DNA from: Bdellovibrionales bacterium
GTDB taxonomy: Bacteria > Bdellovibrionota > Bdellovibrionia > Bdellovibrionales > UBA1609
DNA: 64,000 nt
Reading direction: 5' to 3'
Assembly (NCBI GenBank): GCA_965261545.1
Contig: CBDHDF010000010.1
Span: 512,001 to 576,000, forward strand
The notes under the pieces were generated by a model. That model had not been told where the DNA came from and did no database searches. It worked only from the letters and a program-made list of their open reading frames with translations. Made by a program: the position numbers and the translations under genes. How positions within the stretch are numbered: position 1 is the first letter of the stretch; every line of letters begins with the position of its first letter. Below are positions 17,859 through 27,745 of this stretch, piece after piece.

Positions 17859-19157
17859 ATGGCTGATAAGGACAAGAAAATGGAGGTTGCCACCTTTAGA
17901 TTCGGAGTGATTTCTGAATTTGTTACAGGGTTGCGCCTTGAATATGGAGAAAAAGAGAGATTGCTTACGGAAAAATCTTCCAAGAGCTATCGTGTTCCCT
18001 ACTCATCATCGACTCGTGTGAGTCGTTCCACCATAAAAAAATGGATTGCAGACTACAAGGGATCGGGCAATAGATTAGAGGGGCTTATGCCATCGGATCG
18101 CAAGGATCAAGGTCAATTTAGAAGTCTTGATGAATCTCTCCAAGTGGTCATTAAAGAGATCATGAAGGCAAAGGGACATTTTACAGGCATAGCCCTTGTC
18201 AATGCTCTACGTCAGCGCGGCTCTATTGGTACCAATGAAGAGATCAATATGAGTGTGCTTTATAGATTTTTAAAGCATCACAAATTGCAACAAAAAGAGT
18301 CCACAGATCGTAGGTCCTTTGAAGCTTCGTCTCCCAATGAAATGTGGCAGTCAGATGTTCTTCATGGCCCCATTGTGGTTGGCAAAAAGAGAAAGAAAGT
18401 AAAATCCTACCTCATTGCCATATTGGATGACAATTCTCGCATCATTCCCCACGGGGAGTTTTATGAGTCCGAAAGGCTTGAGAATATGAAGGATTGTCTT
18501 AAGAAAGCTGTTGAGAAGAGGGGGCTTCCTCAAAAGCTTTATATCGATAATGGGGCTTGTTTTAAGGCTATAAACTTGGAACAGGTCACAGCTTCCTTGG
18601 GTATTCAGATTATTCACACTCCTCCTTATACTCCTCAGGGTCGGGGGAAAGTGGAGCGTTGGTTTCGATATGTACGGGAAAACTTCTTTCCTCGCTGCGA
18701 TGAAAAAACCTTGAGCCTTGAAGAACTGAATGAGGTATTTTCTGACTGGGTGGAGAGTTATCACCACAAAGTTCATGGAACCACTGGCGAAACTCCATTG
18801 GCGAAATTCCGTAAAAATATGAAGTGTGTTCGTCCCGCTCCCCCCAATCTATTGGACTATTTTCGATTTATTCAATTTCGACGAGTTAAAAAGGATCGAA
18901 CTTTTCATTTGAATGGAACCATATATGAAGCTCCCGTAGACCTGATCGATAGAAGAGTGGAACTCAAGTTCCACAGAGAGACTCCCGAAGATGTTGAAAT
19001 TTTCTTTGATGGAAGAAGCTTTGGTCAGGCCAATTTATTGGATCGGCATGTGAATTTTTACTTGGGTCGCAATGGAAAGGTGACTTCTGCCACGAAAGAG
19101 ACAAAACCAAAATCAGGAGAATTATTTTCAGGAGATAAAACAGGAGGTAAGAAATGA
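17859..19157 (+). CDS. DDE-type integrase/transposase (rve core, Mu/TnsB-like C-terminus)
   Basis: Motifs MWQSD, ILDDNSR, YIDNG, GRGKVERWF, YHHKVHGTT and RRVKKD. Intact, 432 aa. Confidence 0.93.
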   Translation: MADKDKKMEVATFRFGVISEFVTGLRLEYGEKERLLTEKSSKSYRVPYSSSTRVSRSTIKKWIADYKGSGNRLEGLMPSDRKDQGQFRSLDESLQVVIKEIMKAKGHFTGIALVNALRQRGSIGTNEEINMSVLYRFLKHHKLQQKESTDRRSFEASSPNEMWQSDVLHGPIVVGKKRKKVKSYLIAILDDNSRIIPHGEFYESERLENMKDCLKKAVEKRGLPQKLYIDNGACFKAINLEQVTASLGIQIIHTPPYTPQGRGKVERWFRYVRENFFPRCDEKTLSLEELNEVFSDWVESYHHKVHGTTGETPLAKFRKNMKCVRPAPPNLLDYFRFIQFRRVKKDRTFHLNGTIYEAPVDLIDRRVELKFHRETPEDVEIFFDGRSFGQANLLDRHVNFYLGRNGKVTSATKETKPKSGELFSGDKTGGKK

Positions 19158-19543
19158 AATACATTGAATATTTTGGAATGAAGTTCTCTCCTTTTAATGA
19201 CAATCTTAAATCCAAAGACCTTATGTCTTTACCTGGAACAATGGCAGTGAAAGAGAGATTGGATTATGTTCTTTCCATTGGTGGAATTATGGTCGTCACC
19301 GGCGATGTTGGCACCGGAAAATCCACCGCCATGAGATGGAGTTTAGATCAATTCCACAAATCTGAAATTAACAGCTGTTATGTGACGGCGAACAGTGGCT
19401 CAACCAGTGAGCTATATAGACAATTGTGTTGGAGTATAAATTTAAATTTAAGAGGAAACCATAGGTCCTTCCTTCTTAAGGAATTCAAAGAAGCCATCTC
19501 AGAAATATTAGAACAACAAAGAAATAAAATTGTGGTTATCATT
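19154..19543 (+). pseudogene. N-terminal half of the ExeA/TnsC-like AAA ATPase
   Basis: YFGMKFSPF and Walker A GDVGTGKS. Ends at KIVVII, just before the Walker B DE that is found from 980 leftwards. The rejoined protein is 267 aa. Confidence 0.9.
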
Positions 19544-19570
19544 CATAGGTGTTCGTGGTTTTTTATTCTT

Positions 19571-20815
19571 TCATAGCAAGACCTTTTTAGCCATATTCAT
19601 TGATGTTTTTCGCCGTCGGTAGTTTGTGTCATAAATTTCATGGGAGAATATCTTGATCTTCTCTATCAAAATATTTAAATACTTTTGAGATGAGCTTAGG
19701 AGATATTTGATAAAATCAGAGGCTAATAAGACGGTAACCTTAGCAACTCTTTGAAACGATGTGGAGTCATTTTGTTCCTTATTGAGTTTAGTTCTTCCTA
19801 TCCTCAAAACAACACTTGATGTGAGGTGAGCCGCTAATGAAGCAAGAAGAAGACTCTCTATGATATTTTGATCGTTTGAGGTGATCTGATTTGCATTCAA
19901 AGAATTCTTACAAGATTTGAAAATAAGTTCACATTGCCAACGTAAACGATAAATTGGATATATGGACTCCGCTGCCACATCTAAATTCGTGCAATACCAA
20001 TGATAGCGTTTTTCGGAGGAATTCCAGAAGCCTACAATTCTCAAACTTACCCATTTACCATTGGACAAGACACTGCCTATAAATTCAACAACATCGTTTT
20101 TTTTCTTGAGTTTAATATCAGAGAACTCTTTTCCAACATAGTAATCTGGCAAACCTTCAACAACAGCATCAATAAGAATAGAGGCATTTGACTTTACTCT
20201 AGACAAGAAAAATCCTTTAGCTTCATGAATAGATGACAATAAGCCATAGTCCCAATATCCCAAATCAAAGATGACTAATTTTCCAACGAGTTCCTTTATA
20301 TCAGGAAAGCACTTCCTATCGTTAGTGGAAGACGGAGTTAATTCGAACCAAGTCATTATACCACTGAATAAACTGAAACAAGCGTGCCATTTAATTCCTG
20401 CGTTTGTTCTTGTCCCTGGAAAATTCTCAGATGCTCCATCCCAAAGGCTTATTGTGCTTGAGTCAACAAGAAGAACGTCTGAGACTCCCAGTTGTAATAA
20501 TATGGCTTTGCTCCCATGAAAAGCTCCATGAGATAGCTTTATCATGAGCATTTCAACCAGTTTACTCAGAAGCTCTTTTAATCTTTTTCTAGAGAGTCTT
20601 TCCCAGAAGCTGTGTCTTTCAATTCTTAATCCTAAATGACTTATCATAAACCTCCTAATTCCCTCTATTGAATATGTCTTAGAGTCTCCCTGGAATGACA
20701 AGACAAGAGCCACAATAAACTCAAGAGGTGGAATGGTTGCCCGAGAGTCCTTTTCAGGAATAACTTTCTTGAAACATTTTTTGATCGTTTTAAGTGTTTG
20801 AGCTTCCGTGCTCAT
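19571..20815 (-). CDS. IS4-family transposase
   Basis: Same protein as 1737-2981. Confidence 0.95.
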   Translation of the reverse strand: MSTEAQTLKTIKKCFKKVIPEKDSRATIPPLEFIVALVLSFQGDSKTYSIEGIRRFMISHLGLRIERHSFWERLSRKRLKELLSKLVEMLMIKLSHGAFHGSKAILLQLGVSDVLLVDSSTISLWDGASENFPGTRTNAGIKWHACFSLFSGIMTWFELTPSSTNDRKCFPDIKELVGKLVIFDLGYWDYGLLSSIHEAKGFFLSRVKSNASILIDAVVEGLPDYYVGKEFSDIKLKKKNDVVEFIGSVLSNGKWVSLRIVGFWNSSEKRYHWYCTNLDVAAESIYPIYRLRWQCELIFKSCKNSLNANQITSNDQNIIESLLLASLAAHLTSSVVLRIGRTKLNKEQNDSTSFQRVAKVTVLLASDFIKYLLSSSQKYLNILIEKIKIFSHEIYDTNYRRRKTSMNMAKKVLL

Positions 20816-20920
20816 ATTTGCCCCCTGCGTTTAAAAAATAAAAATTTCCTCCAATTAATCTTGACCTATTAAGATACTAACGCGAGAATCATTAAGTCTG
20901 TAGATAACTCACTTGTATCT

Positions 20921-21385
20921 ATGCGGATTCATTGTATTCGACAGGAGCAAAAAATAGCAATGATTTTTGGACTTTTAATATTACTTTCTTTGGGATCCTT
21001 TATATCTCTTCTTATTTCCTTATTGGTATTTGGATTTGGTTATTTACTGGCACTCATCCTCCCATTAACTCAGATGCAAGCATCTTCTTTGTTTTTTGCT
21101 TCACTCACACTTTTGGTTCTTACATGTATTTTTATGATGCTCATATCTCAATTTAAAAATCGTTACTTTCACCAGAATCTAGGAGATATTCTTTTTGATA
21201 ATTTGGATGAGGATTTGGAAGATGAAAAGCAAAAAAAAATTGTAACTGAAGATATGTCTGCATCACAGCAGAAAAATGACCAAAGCGAAAAAATTGGAAG
21301 AAATCAATCCTGTCCATGCGGAAGTGGAAAGAAATTTAAATTCTGTTGTTCCCAAAAGTCCACAGTTCTTTCGTTACACAATTAA
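20921..21385 (+). CDS. SEC-C motif membrane protein (IS passenger)
   Basis: Same protein as 1167-1631. Confidence 0.85.
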   Translation: MRIHCIRQEQKIAMIFGLLILLSLGSFISLLISLLVFGFGYLLALILPLTQMQASSLFFASLTLLVLTCIFMMLISQFKNRYFHQNLGDILFDNLDEDLEDEKQKKIVTEDMSASQQKNDQSEKIGRNQSCPCGSGKKFKFCCSQKSTVLSLHN

Positions 21386-21795
21386 GTCTCTTAAAACACA
21401 TGGCTTGTCGTGGATATCAAATGTCAATCTGCGTCCATTTCTCAAAATACCATCTATAAATATTTATAAATCGCCCACTTCCCTCTATGTAAAAAAGGAG
21501 GCTTGAAAAGTATTTCCATTAATTCGGAATTAAAATTAGAAAAAAACCACGAACACCTATGCATAAAGGTTCATTTAAACGATTAGTACGTCCTCTATTC
21601 CTTAACATTTACGATGACCCAAATTGAAGATTGTAGGAAGGAGCATTTTCCAACCGGTCTTGAATTAAGAGTGTCCAAATAGACGAATCATAGGAATATG
21701 TTGTTTTAGAGATGTAAATAAAAAGCCATTAACCATGAAGAAGAAGTGCTAGAAAGAACTTGGTGAGAGATTTCGGAAGGACGGGTGACCGTATG

Positions 21796-22055
21796 CAGCA
21801 AAAGATGGTAATTTTTTGCAACATGGATAGGTATATTTTCTTGACATACTTTTTCATAGACAGCAAAAGATGGTAATTTTTTGCAACATGGATAGGTATA
21901 TTTTCTTGACATACTTTTTCATAGACAGCAAAAGATGGTAATTTTTTGCAACATGGATAGGTATATTTTCTTGACATACTTTTTCATAGACAGCAAAAGA
22001 TGGTAATTTTTTGCAACATGGATAGGTATATTTTCTTGACATACTTTTTCATAGA
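21796..22055. repeat. Four exact tandem copies of a 65-bp unit
   Basis: Unit cagcaaaagatggtaattttttgcaacatggataggtatattttcttgacatactttttcataga at 21796, 21861, 21926 and 21991. Confidence 0.97.
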
Positions 22056-22067
22056 CGAATGGCATTG
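22050..22067 (-). mobile_element. Orphan IS4-type terminal inverted repeat marking the right edge of the IS pile
   Basis: Its reverse complement caatgccattcgtctatg resembles the TIRs at 10273 and 16020. BspA coding sequence begins immediately after it. Confidence 0.7.
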
Positions 22068-22868
22068 AAGTACGACAGTCGTGCCGAGAATATCCGACAA
22101 GCTTTAAAGAATCGAGGATGGACGATCAATGATGGTGGATTTTCTTTCTTCGTCTCTGTTTGGAGAACTTCTACCAACAATGAATCCATCACCCTCCCTT
22201 TACCACTAGGGTATAATTATAATTTCCAGGTGAATTGGGGCGATGGTTCTTCCAGCGAAGTCACAGCCCACGATGACAGCGACATCACCCATACCTACGC
22301 AGAGGCTGGAGATTACACCATGACTATTTCTGAAACCCTTGAAGCTTGGAATTTCAAAAACTATGCCATTGAACATAGGTCTAAACTCATTTTTGTGAAA
22401 GATCTCGGCGACGTGGATTGGAAAGATTTGCAAGAAGCCTTTTATTACTGTCGCAATTTGGAAAGCCTAAGGGGAGGAAATGTCTCTGGTGTTATAAGTA
22501 TGAGATCTATGTTTCACACCTCGTTTCAGGGTTCAGTCCTTCATCCCGATGTGAGCCGTTGGGATACTTCCAAGGTCACAGATATGAAAAGTATGTTTGA
22601 ACAAGCTCTGTCAGCTCAACCCAATATGTCCCAATGGGATTTTCGCAATGTTAAGATCATGAGACGCATGCTTAGAAACATCATTCTGCCCACGGAGGTG
22701 TATAGCCGCATGATCAAGCAAATTCACAGCACTTCACAAAAAAATAACATTTCGTTTCATGGGGGAAATTCAAAATACAATAACAGTGCCATTGATGCAC
22801 GAGCGGCTCTCATAGCTCGAAAATGGACCATTGTTGATGGTGGTCTCGATGGAGGAGTCGGGGAATAG
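22068..22868 (+). pseudogene. 5'-truncated BspA/DUF285 surface protein
   Basis: Begins mid-module (KYDSRAENIRQALKNRGWTINDGG, equivalent to its own C-terminal KYNNSA..WTIVDGG). PKD-like NWGDG and WDTSKVTDMKSMF repeats. The ATG at 22059 comes from the TIR. Confidence 0.8.
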
Positions 22869-23139
22869 GAAGGATAATCTGACCTCATCTTTTAAATTCA
22901 CTCCACCGTAGAACAAGCAACACGAACTGAACCAACTCCTTTGATGAGGTTGACCCACTTAAGGTGCTCATATGCTTGTTCTGGGTTCTTTTGAGCCACA
23001 ACCCTTTCATTTTACTCTGCTATGATTCTTGTATTTAAAGTTTAGCATATGATCCTCCGAAGATAAAGAGAAATAAGAAATAAGAAATTAAATTAAATAC
23101 TATTTATCTTTATCTACAAAGACCATTCGGAGATACAAT

Positions 23140-24597
23140 ATGATATATTTCATGAAAGAAAGAATTGTCAGAAAGTATCTTGCTTTATTATTTTATATTT
23201 TTGTTTTCACTCTTGTGGGCTGTAAAGATACTACTAAAAAACCGATACAGATGATAAGCATCAATGGTCAAGAATCGAATCAAAAAAATAAGGATATAGA
23301 AGAAGATATAATAGAAGAAAGTGTAGTGGCAGAAAGTAGAGCATCAAAAGGTATAGAAGACGAAAATGAATTGAAATTTGACAGTTTTGAGTCTCTCACA
23401 TTAGAAAACGTAGATTCTTACCCTATAAGAGGGAGATGCCTTTCAAGTTTAGGTTCAGTGAGCATTGCCACAGGGCAGTCTGCTGTGGAGCATGTTTTAG
23501 ATTGTGAAGAAAATAATACTTTTTCAGGAATTTTTGATATGAGAGAAATAACTTCAGATCATTCTTTAATAACAGCAACTCAAGGCTCTAAAACTATCAC
23601 AAATTCATCTATAGAAAATGAGGTTCAATACTTTGTAAGTGAATGGAAATTTGATGGAGAAAACTATCTCTTCGTTTTTCCTATTAAAGAGAATTTAAAA
23701 TATAATTTTATTATTGATTGGGGGGACGGTAGTTCTCAAAATGAAGTGACATCTTTCGATGACCCGGATAAGAGTCATACCTATACTAAACCTGGAAATT
23801 ATATCATTACCGTTATGGGGCTTTGTGAGGGTTTTGAGAATGCCCGAGGTAATAGGGTCGGACCTGATGCTGATCACCTTGTAAAAGTTTTGAATCTAGG
23901 CCATGTGGGTTGGAAGGATTTATCCTACGCCTTTTCACAAAACCAGTATCTCACAGATTTTTTTGGAGGAAACACCTCTCAGGTGACTAATATGTCTTAT
24001 ATGTTTTATGGAGCCTACGAAGTCACTCCCAATGTGAATGGATGGGATACGTCTCAAGTGACAGATATGTCTTATATGTTTAACAGTGCTTTACTCGCCA
24101 ACTTAGATGTGAGTGATTGGGATACGTCTCAAGTGACAAATATGTCTTATATGTTTTCCAATGCCGATCGAGCCACTCCAGATGTGAGTGATTGGAATAC
24201 GTCCCAAGTGACAGATATGTCTTCTATGTTTAGCGTTGCGACTATAATCAATCCCGACGTGAGTGACTGGGATACGTCTCAAGTAACAAATATGTCTCGT
24301 ATGTTTTATCATTCTCGATCTGCAAATCCTTATACAGCCACATGGGATTTAAGTCGTATCCAAAGTATCGAAAGTATTTTTGATCGATCAACAAACTTAT
24401 CTCTTGAAAATTATTCAATATTTCTTAGGGTGGCTGCTCAGATGATACCTGAAGATGCTTTTGGTCCTAAAAGCATAGGATCTAAAGTTCCCATTAAAGT
24501 GCAGTACAACGTTCAGGCAAAGTCTTCTAGGTCGATCTTGTTGAGTCGAGGTTGGACGATCAATGATGCTGGTTTGATTTCCACAGCTGGTGAGTGA
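23140..24597 (+). CDS. BspA/DUF285 repeat surface lipoprotein
   Basis: Lipobox LVGC, DWGDG, and about five 25-aa repeats of the form DVSDWDTSQVTNMSYMF. Confidence 0.9.
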   Translation: MIYFMKERIVRKYLALLFYIFVFTLVGCKDTTKKPIQMISINGQESNQKNKDIEEDIIEESVVAESRASKGIEDENELKFDSFESLTLENVDSYPIRGRCLSSLGSVSIATGQSAVEHVLDCEENNTFSGIFDMREITSDHSLITATQGSKTITNSSIENEVQYFVSEWKFDGENYLFVFPIKENLKYNFIIDWGDGSSQNEVTSFDDPDKSHTYTKPGNYIITVMGLCEGFENARGNRVGPDADHLVKVLNLGHVGWKDLSYAFSQNQYLTDFFGGNTSQVTNMSYMFYGAYEVTPNVNGWDTSQVTDMSYMFNSALLANLDVSDWDTSQVTNMSYMFSNADRATPDVSDWNTSQVTDMSSMFSVATIINPDVSDWDTSQVTNMSRMFYHSRSANPYTATWDLSRIQSIESIFDRSTNLSLENYSIFLRVAAQMIPEDAFGPKSIGSKVPIKVQYNVQAKSSRSILLSRGWTINDAGLISTAGE

Positions 24598-24672
24598 TGA
24601 ATAAAGGGCGAAGGCTTTTTTCTTATTTTGGGAAACGAACTCTGTTCTATAGATAATAGACAACAACTGGCT

Positions 24673-26268
24673 TTACTCTGAATGCAAAGGCCATTGGACA
24701 ATTTTTCGACTACTGCCTCTGCGGGATTTCATAAGATCAATAATCTCATCTTTGGGGCTCTTTAAGCCTAAGCTTTTTGAGTTTAATTCTACGGAGTTGG
24801 GGCTTAATTCCTCGGAGTCGGGGCTTAATTCCTCGGAGTCGGAGCTTAATTCTTTTGAGCTTTTTGCACCTTTGAGTTCCTTTGCCATGGCCCTGTGGAG
24901 AAGGGCTTTAAGCTCATTTCCTGTGTTAAAAACATTTACAACATTAAGTTGGGATACCCTCATGCTTCTCAATTTTTGTGCTTTGAATTCCATCGCTTCT
25001 GCGTTATTCATATGCTTCGGACCAACAAATCCAATACAGCCAGCCGCCAAGGGCTCCATAACACTGTGAACCTTTCGGTGAAAGGACCCTCCCACAAAGG
25101 CAAAATCAGCCCAAGGATAAATCTCTGCAAGAAGCCCCATCTGGTCCACAAGAAGAACTTCGCCCTTCTTCCAATATTTCCACTGGCTCAGGGGGCGAAA
25201 GTCCAATTTATGGTGAGACATCATCTTCTCAAAGTTCAATAGGTGTTGGCGGGTGGGCTCATGTGGGGCCACTATAAGGTGGAGTTTTCCGTTTTGAACT
25301 AGGGTGGCGGCCCCCTCTAGCAACTTAACTTCATCAACTGGCCAGGTGGAGCCTGCAACCAAGGTAGGGGTGGGGGCGGTGGTGGCCAACCCCTTTGGAC
25401 TCTGGAGAGAAGATCTGGGGTTTTCCAGGCGATAAAAAACTTGGTCGTACCTCGTGTCTCCACAAACCTTAAGCTTCTCTTCAGAAACTCCCATAGACTT
25501 AAAGTTTTTAAAGTCCACAGAGTTAATCACACCTATGAGATTTAAGTGTCCCCAGATCCATCGATAATAAAATCCAAACACTTTATGGAGTGGTCTAAGC
25601 TGCTGAAAACTCGCAGAAAAAAGATAACAGGGAAGTCCCATGCGACGACATTGGTGGAGTAGTTCCGGCCACAAATCCGTGCGCGCAATAAAAAGGGCCC
25701 GAGGTCGATAGTGGCGAAGAAAAGAATGACATGGTCCAGGCAAATCTAGGGGCAGGGGGACGGAGAGATCCACAAGGGGATCAGTCTCGATGGGCTTGCG
25801 ATAGCTTGGAGAAAAATAGGTCACAAGGATAGGGCAGTGAGGTTGACTTGCTTTCCATTGTCGTATCAGGGGCTTGGCATATTCAAACTCCCCTGATGCA
25901 CAATGAATCCATATAGGGGCTTTCTCGCCCTCCTCTCCACCGGCGATAATCTCTCTTTCTGTTTCACCTTCTCTTTCACAGGTGATCTCTCTTTCTGTTT
26001 CACCTTCTGTCTCTATTTGTGGTAGGGGCTTCAAAGAAGGGTTTTTTCCCCTGCGAGGCCAGCGCATTTGAAATCCCTCACGGACTTTCTTATTCCATGG
26101 AAAAATCACAAATAGGAGGAAACAAAGGGCCGTGGGAACCACAAACCACCTATAAATGAAGAGAAGCCCTTTTTCCTTTCGAGATAATGGGGCGAATAAG
26201 GATGATGAAGATAATGGTGGTGGTGGCGACATAATTTCTTTTATTGGCTCGGTGTGATTCTTCATCAA
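24673..26268 (-). CDS. waaA: Kdo transferase
   Basis: Motifs IWIHCASGE, LPLD, GDTRYD, VAGSTW, APHEP, AFVGGSF and EP. Confidence 0.9.
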   Translation of the reverse strand: MMKNHTEPIKEIMSPPPPLSSSSLFAPLSRKEKGLLFIYRWFVVPTALCFLLFVIFPWNKKVREGFQMRWPRRGKNPSLKPLPQIETEGETEREITCEREGETEREIIAGGEEGEKAPIWIHCASGEFEYAKPLIRQWKASQPHCPILVTYFSPSYRKPIETDPLVDLSVPLPLDLPGPCHSFLRHYRPRALFIARTDLWPELLHQCRRMGLPCYLFSASFQQLRPLHKVFGFYYRWIWGHLNLIGVINSVDFKNFKSMGVSEEKLKVCGDTRYDQVFYRLENPRSSLQSPKGLATTAPTPTLVAGSTWPVDEVKLLEGAATLVQNGKLHLIVAPHEPTRQHLLNFEKMMSHHKLDFRPLSQWKYWKKGEVLLVDQMGLLAEIYPWADFAFVGGSFHRKVHSVMEPLAAGCIGFVGPKHMNNAEAMEFKAQKLRSMRVSQLNVVNVFNTGNELKALLHRAMAKELKGAKSSKELSSDSEELSPDSEELSPNSVELNSKSLGLKSPKDEIIDLMKSRRGSSRKIVQWPLHSE

Positions 26269-26282
26269 TGTGAGGTGGTGGT

Positions 26283-27095
26283 TTAAGGAATTAATTTATC
26301 TAAGGAATTAGGAGAAAGCCCCCAACCTTGAACAATTTCTCTTTCGTTTTGGGCTGAGGCTGATTTTTTAAATTTAGCACCTGGACGTCCTTTGACCACT
26401 GCTTCACACTCCTTCCAAGTTTTGTGTCGTTGCAGTTTTCCATTGACATAACTTAAGTAAGAGTGGGTTGCAGATTTGGGGGAGCTAGATTTCATAGGAG
26501 GTAGTGACATATCTTCGGGCAAATCGTGAATGGCGAAGGGGTAGTGGAGAAGGGGGCCTGAGTAAAGTTGGGGCTTTTTTTTCTTTGTAAACTCAACGGC
26601 AATTTCATCACATCGCTCGTTGCCTGGAACTCCTATGTGACCACGTACATACTTCCACTCCATAAAAAAGTGGATTTTTTGCCTGGTATCCACCGCATGG
26701 TGAAGCCTTTCCCACAGATCTTTATTGATCACGGGGGTGCCTCCGGCGGTTTTCCAACTCCGTTTTTTCCAGGCCCATATCCATTGGGTGATACCACGAA
26801 TGACATAGGTGGAGTCTGTCATCACCCACAACTTTTCAGGCGTTGAGTTTCTGGGAGATAAATTTCTAGAAGTCGAGTTTTTGGGGGTCAAATTTTGAGG
26901 GGTCGAAGCAAGGCTCTCTAAGGCGCGAATCACAGCTGTCATTTCCATTCGATTGTTGGTTGTTGAGGAATCCCCCCCTCCCAACTCTTGAATATGTCCA
27001 TGCGGATAGGCAATAATAGCACCAAAGCCCCCAGGCCCTGGGTTTCCAGAGCAAGCTCCATCTGTAAAAATCAATATGGTGTTTTGTAAATCCAT
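26283..27095 (-). CDS. rnhA: Ribonuclease HI with C-terminal viroplasmin-like (hybrid-binding) domain
   Basis: Motifs FTDGACSGNPGPGG, TTNNRME, TDS and GNERCD. C-terminal TWKECEAVVKG...KFKK. Confidence 0.93.
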   Translation of the reverse strand: MDLQNTILIFTDGACSGNPGPGGFGAIIAYPHGHIQELGGGDSSTTNNRMEMTAVIRALESLASTPQNLTPKNSTSRNLSPRNSTPEKLWVMTDSTYVIRGITQWIWAWKKRSWKTAGGTPVINKDLWERLHHAVDTRQKIHFFMEWKYVRGHIGVPGNERCDEIAVEFTKKKKPQLYSGPLLHYPFAIHDLPEDMSLPPMKSSSPKSATHSYLSYVNGKLQRHKTWKECEAVVKGRPGAKFKKSASAQNEREIVQGWGLSPNSLDKLIP

Positions 27096-27100
27096 AGGGA

Positions 27101-27745
27101 TTAAAAATGAGTTCCTATATGCGCTTTAAAATAAATTCCCTCGTATTTCTGAATGGGGCCCAGACCCTCATCTTTCATATAAAAACGTCCTGTTTCTACA
27201 CCCACTAAGAAGCCGAAGAGTTTACCGCCTCCCTCAATCCCCATGGAGTAGGAAGGACCCACGCTATCTCCAAACTCCTGCACAGAGCCCGTCTTGGGAT
27301 CCACTCGTGTTTCTCCCCAATGGGCAAAACCCCAAGTTCCAATGGCACCTACAAAAAAGCCAAGCTCAATGGGTCTCCAACTGGCAATAGCAGCGAGTCT
27401 TTGAAAATTGACACTCACCTCATCGTAAAAATTATTTCGCTCCGAAGCTCCGAGCAACTCATATCGTAGGCCAAAGGCAAAGGGAAAGAGGGGGGGGGAA
27501 ATAATGGCATCTGCTCCCAAGCTTGTAAGTGCTCCAATTTGTGGAGCCTTTTTGGTGATGGGATCGGGATCCACCGGGATTCCTCCATAATGCAGGCGCC
27601 CCTCTAAAAGAGCTTGAGCTTGCTCCTGGGGAGCAATGCAAGCGAAGAAAAAGAAAACAAATAAAGAGAAAATAGGGAAAATAAATCTCAACATACACAC
27701 CTCGCTTTTGTCAGAATAATAATTATGATAGCCAGTAAATACCAA
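27101..27745 (-). CDS. Putative outer-membrane beta-barrel protein
   Basis: Signal peptide, alternating beta-strand pattern, C-terminal Phe. Confidence 0.55.
   Translation of the reverse strand: MVFTGYHNYYSDKSEVCMLRFIFPIFSLFVFFFFACIAPQEQAQALLEGRLHYGGIPVDPDPITKKAPQIGALTSLGADAIISPPLFPFAFGLRYELLGASERNNFYDEVSVNFQRLAAIASWRPIELGFFVGAIGTWGFAHWGETRVDPKTGSVQEFGDSVGPSYSMGIEGGGKLFGFLVGVETGRFYMKDEGLGPIQKYEGIYFKAHIGTHF

Larger units (their letters stand above)
15705..19543 (+). mobile_element. Left arm of the three-gene TnsB/TnsC-like transposon
   Basis: The TGT terminus matches 41-64. Three spaced T-rich..TGAC motifs lie in 15705-15795. They are followed by the Zn-ribbon gene, the DDE integrase and the AAA ATPase. 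Confidence 0.88.
19544..21561 (-). mobile_element. IS4-family transporter IS, copy 2 (inverted)
   Basis: Same TIRs, length and encoded proteins as 991-3008. Confidence 0.93.

Noticed and set aside
21706..22042. Three short repetitive ORFs (MSRKYTYPCCKK...)
   Set aside because: They are by-products of the 65-bp repeat read in rotating frames.
21796..22055. Possible CRISPR array
   Set aside because: The units are identical end to end with no unique spacers, and no cas genes are in the window.
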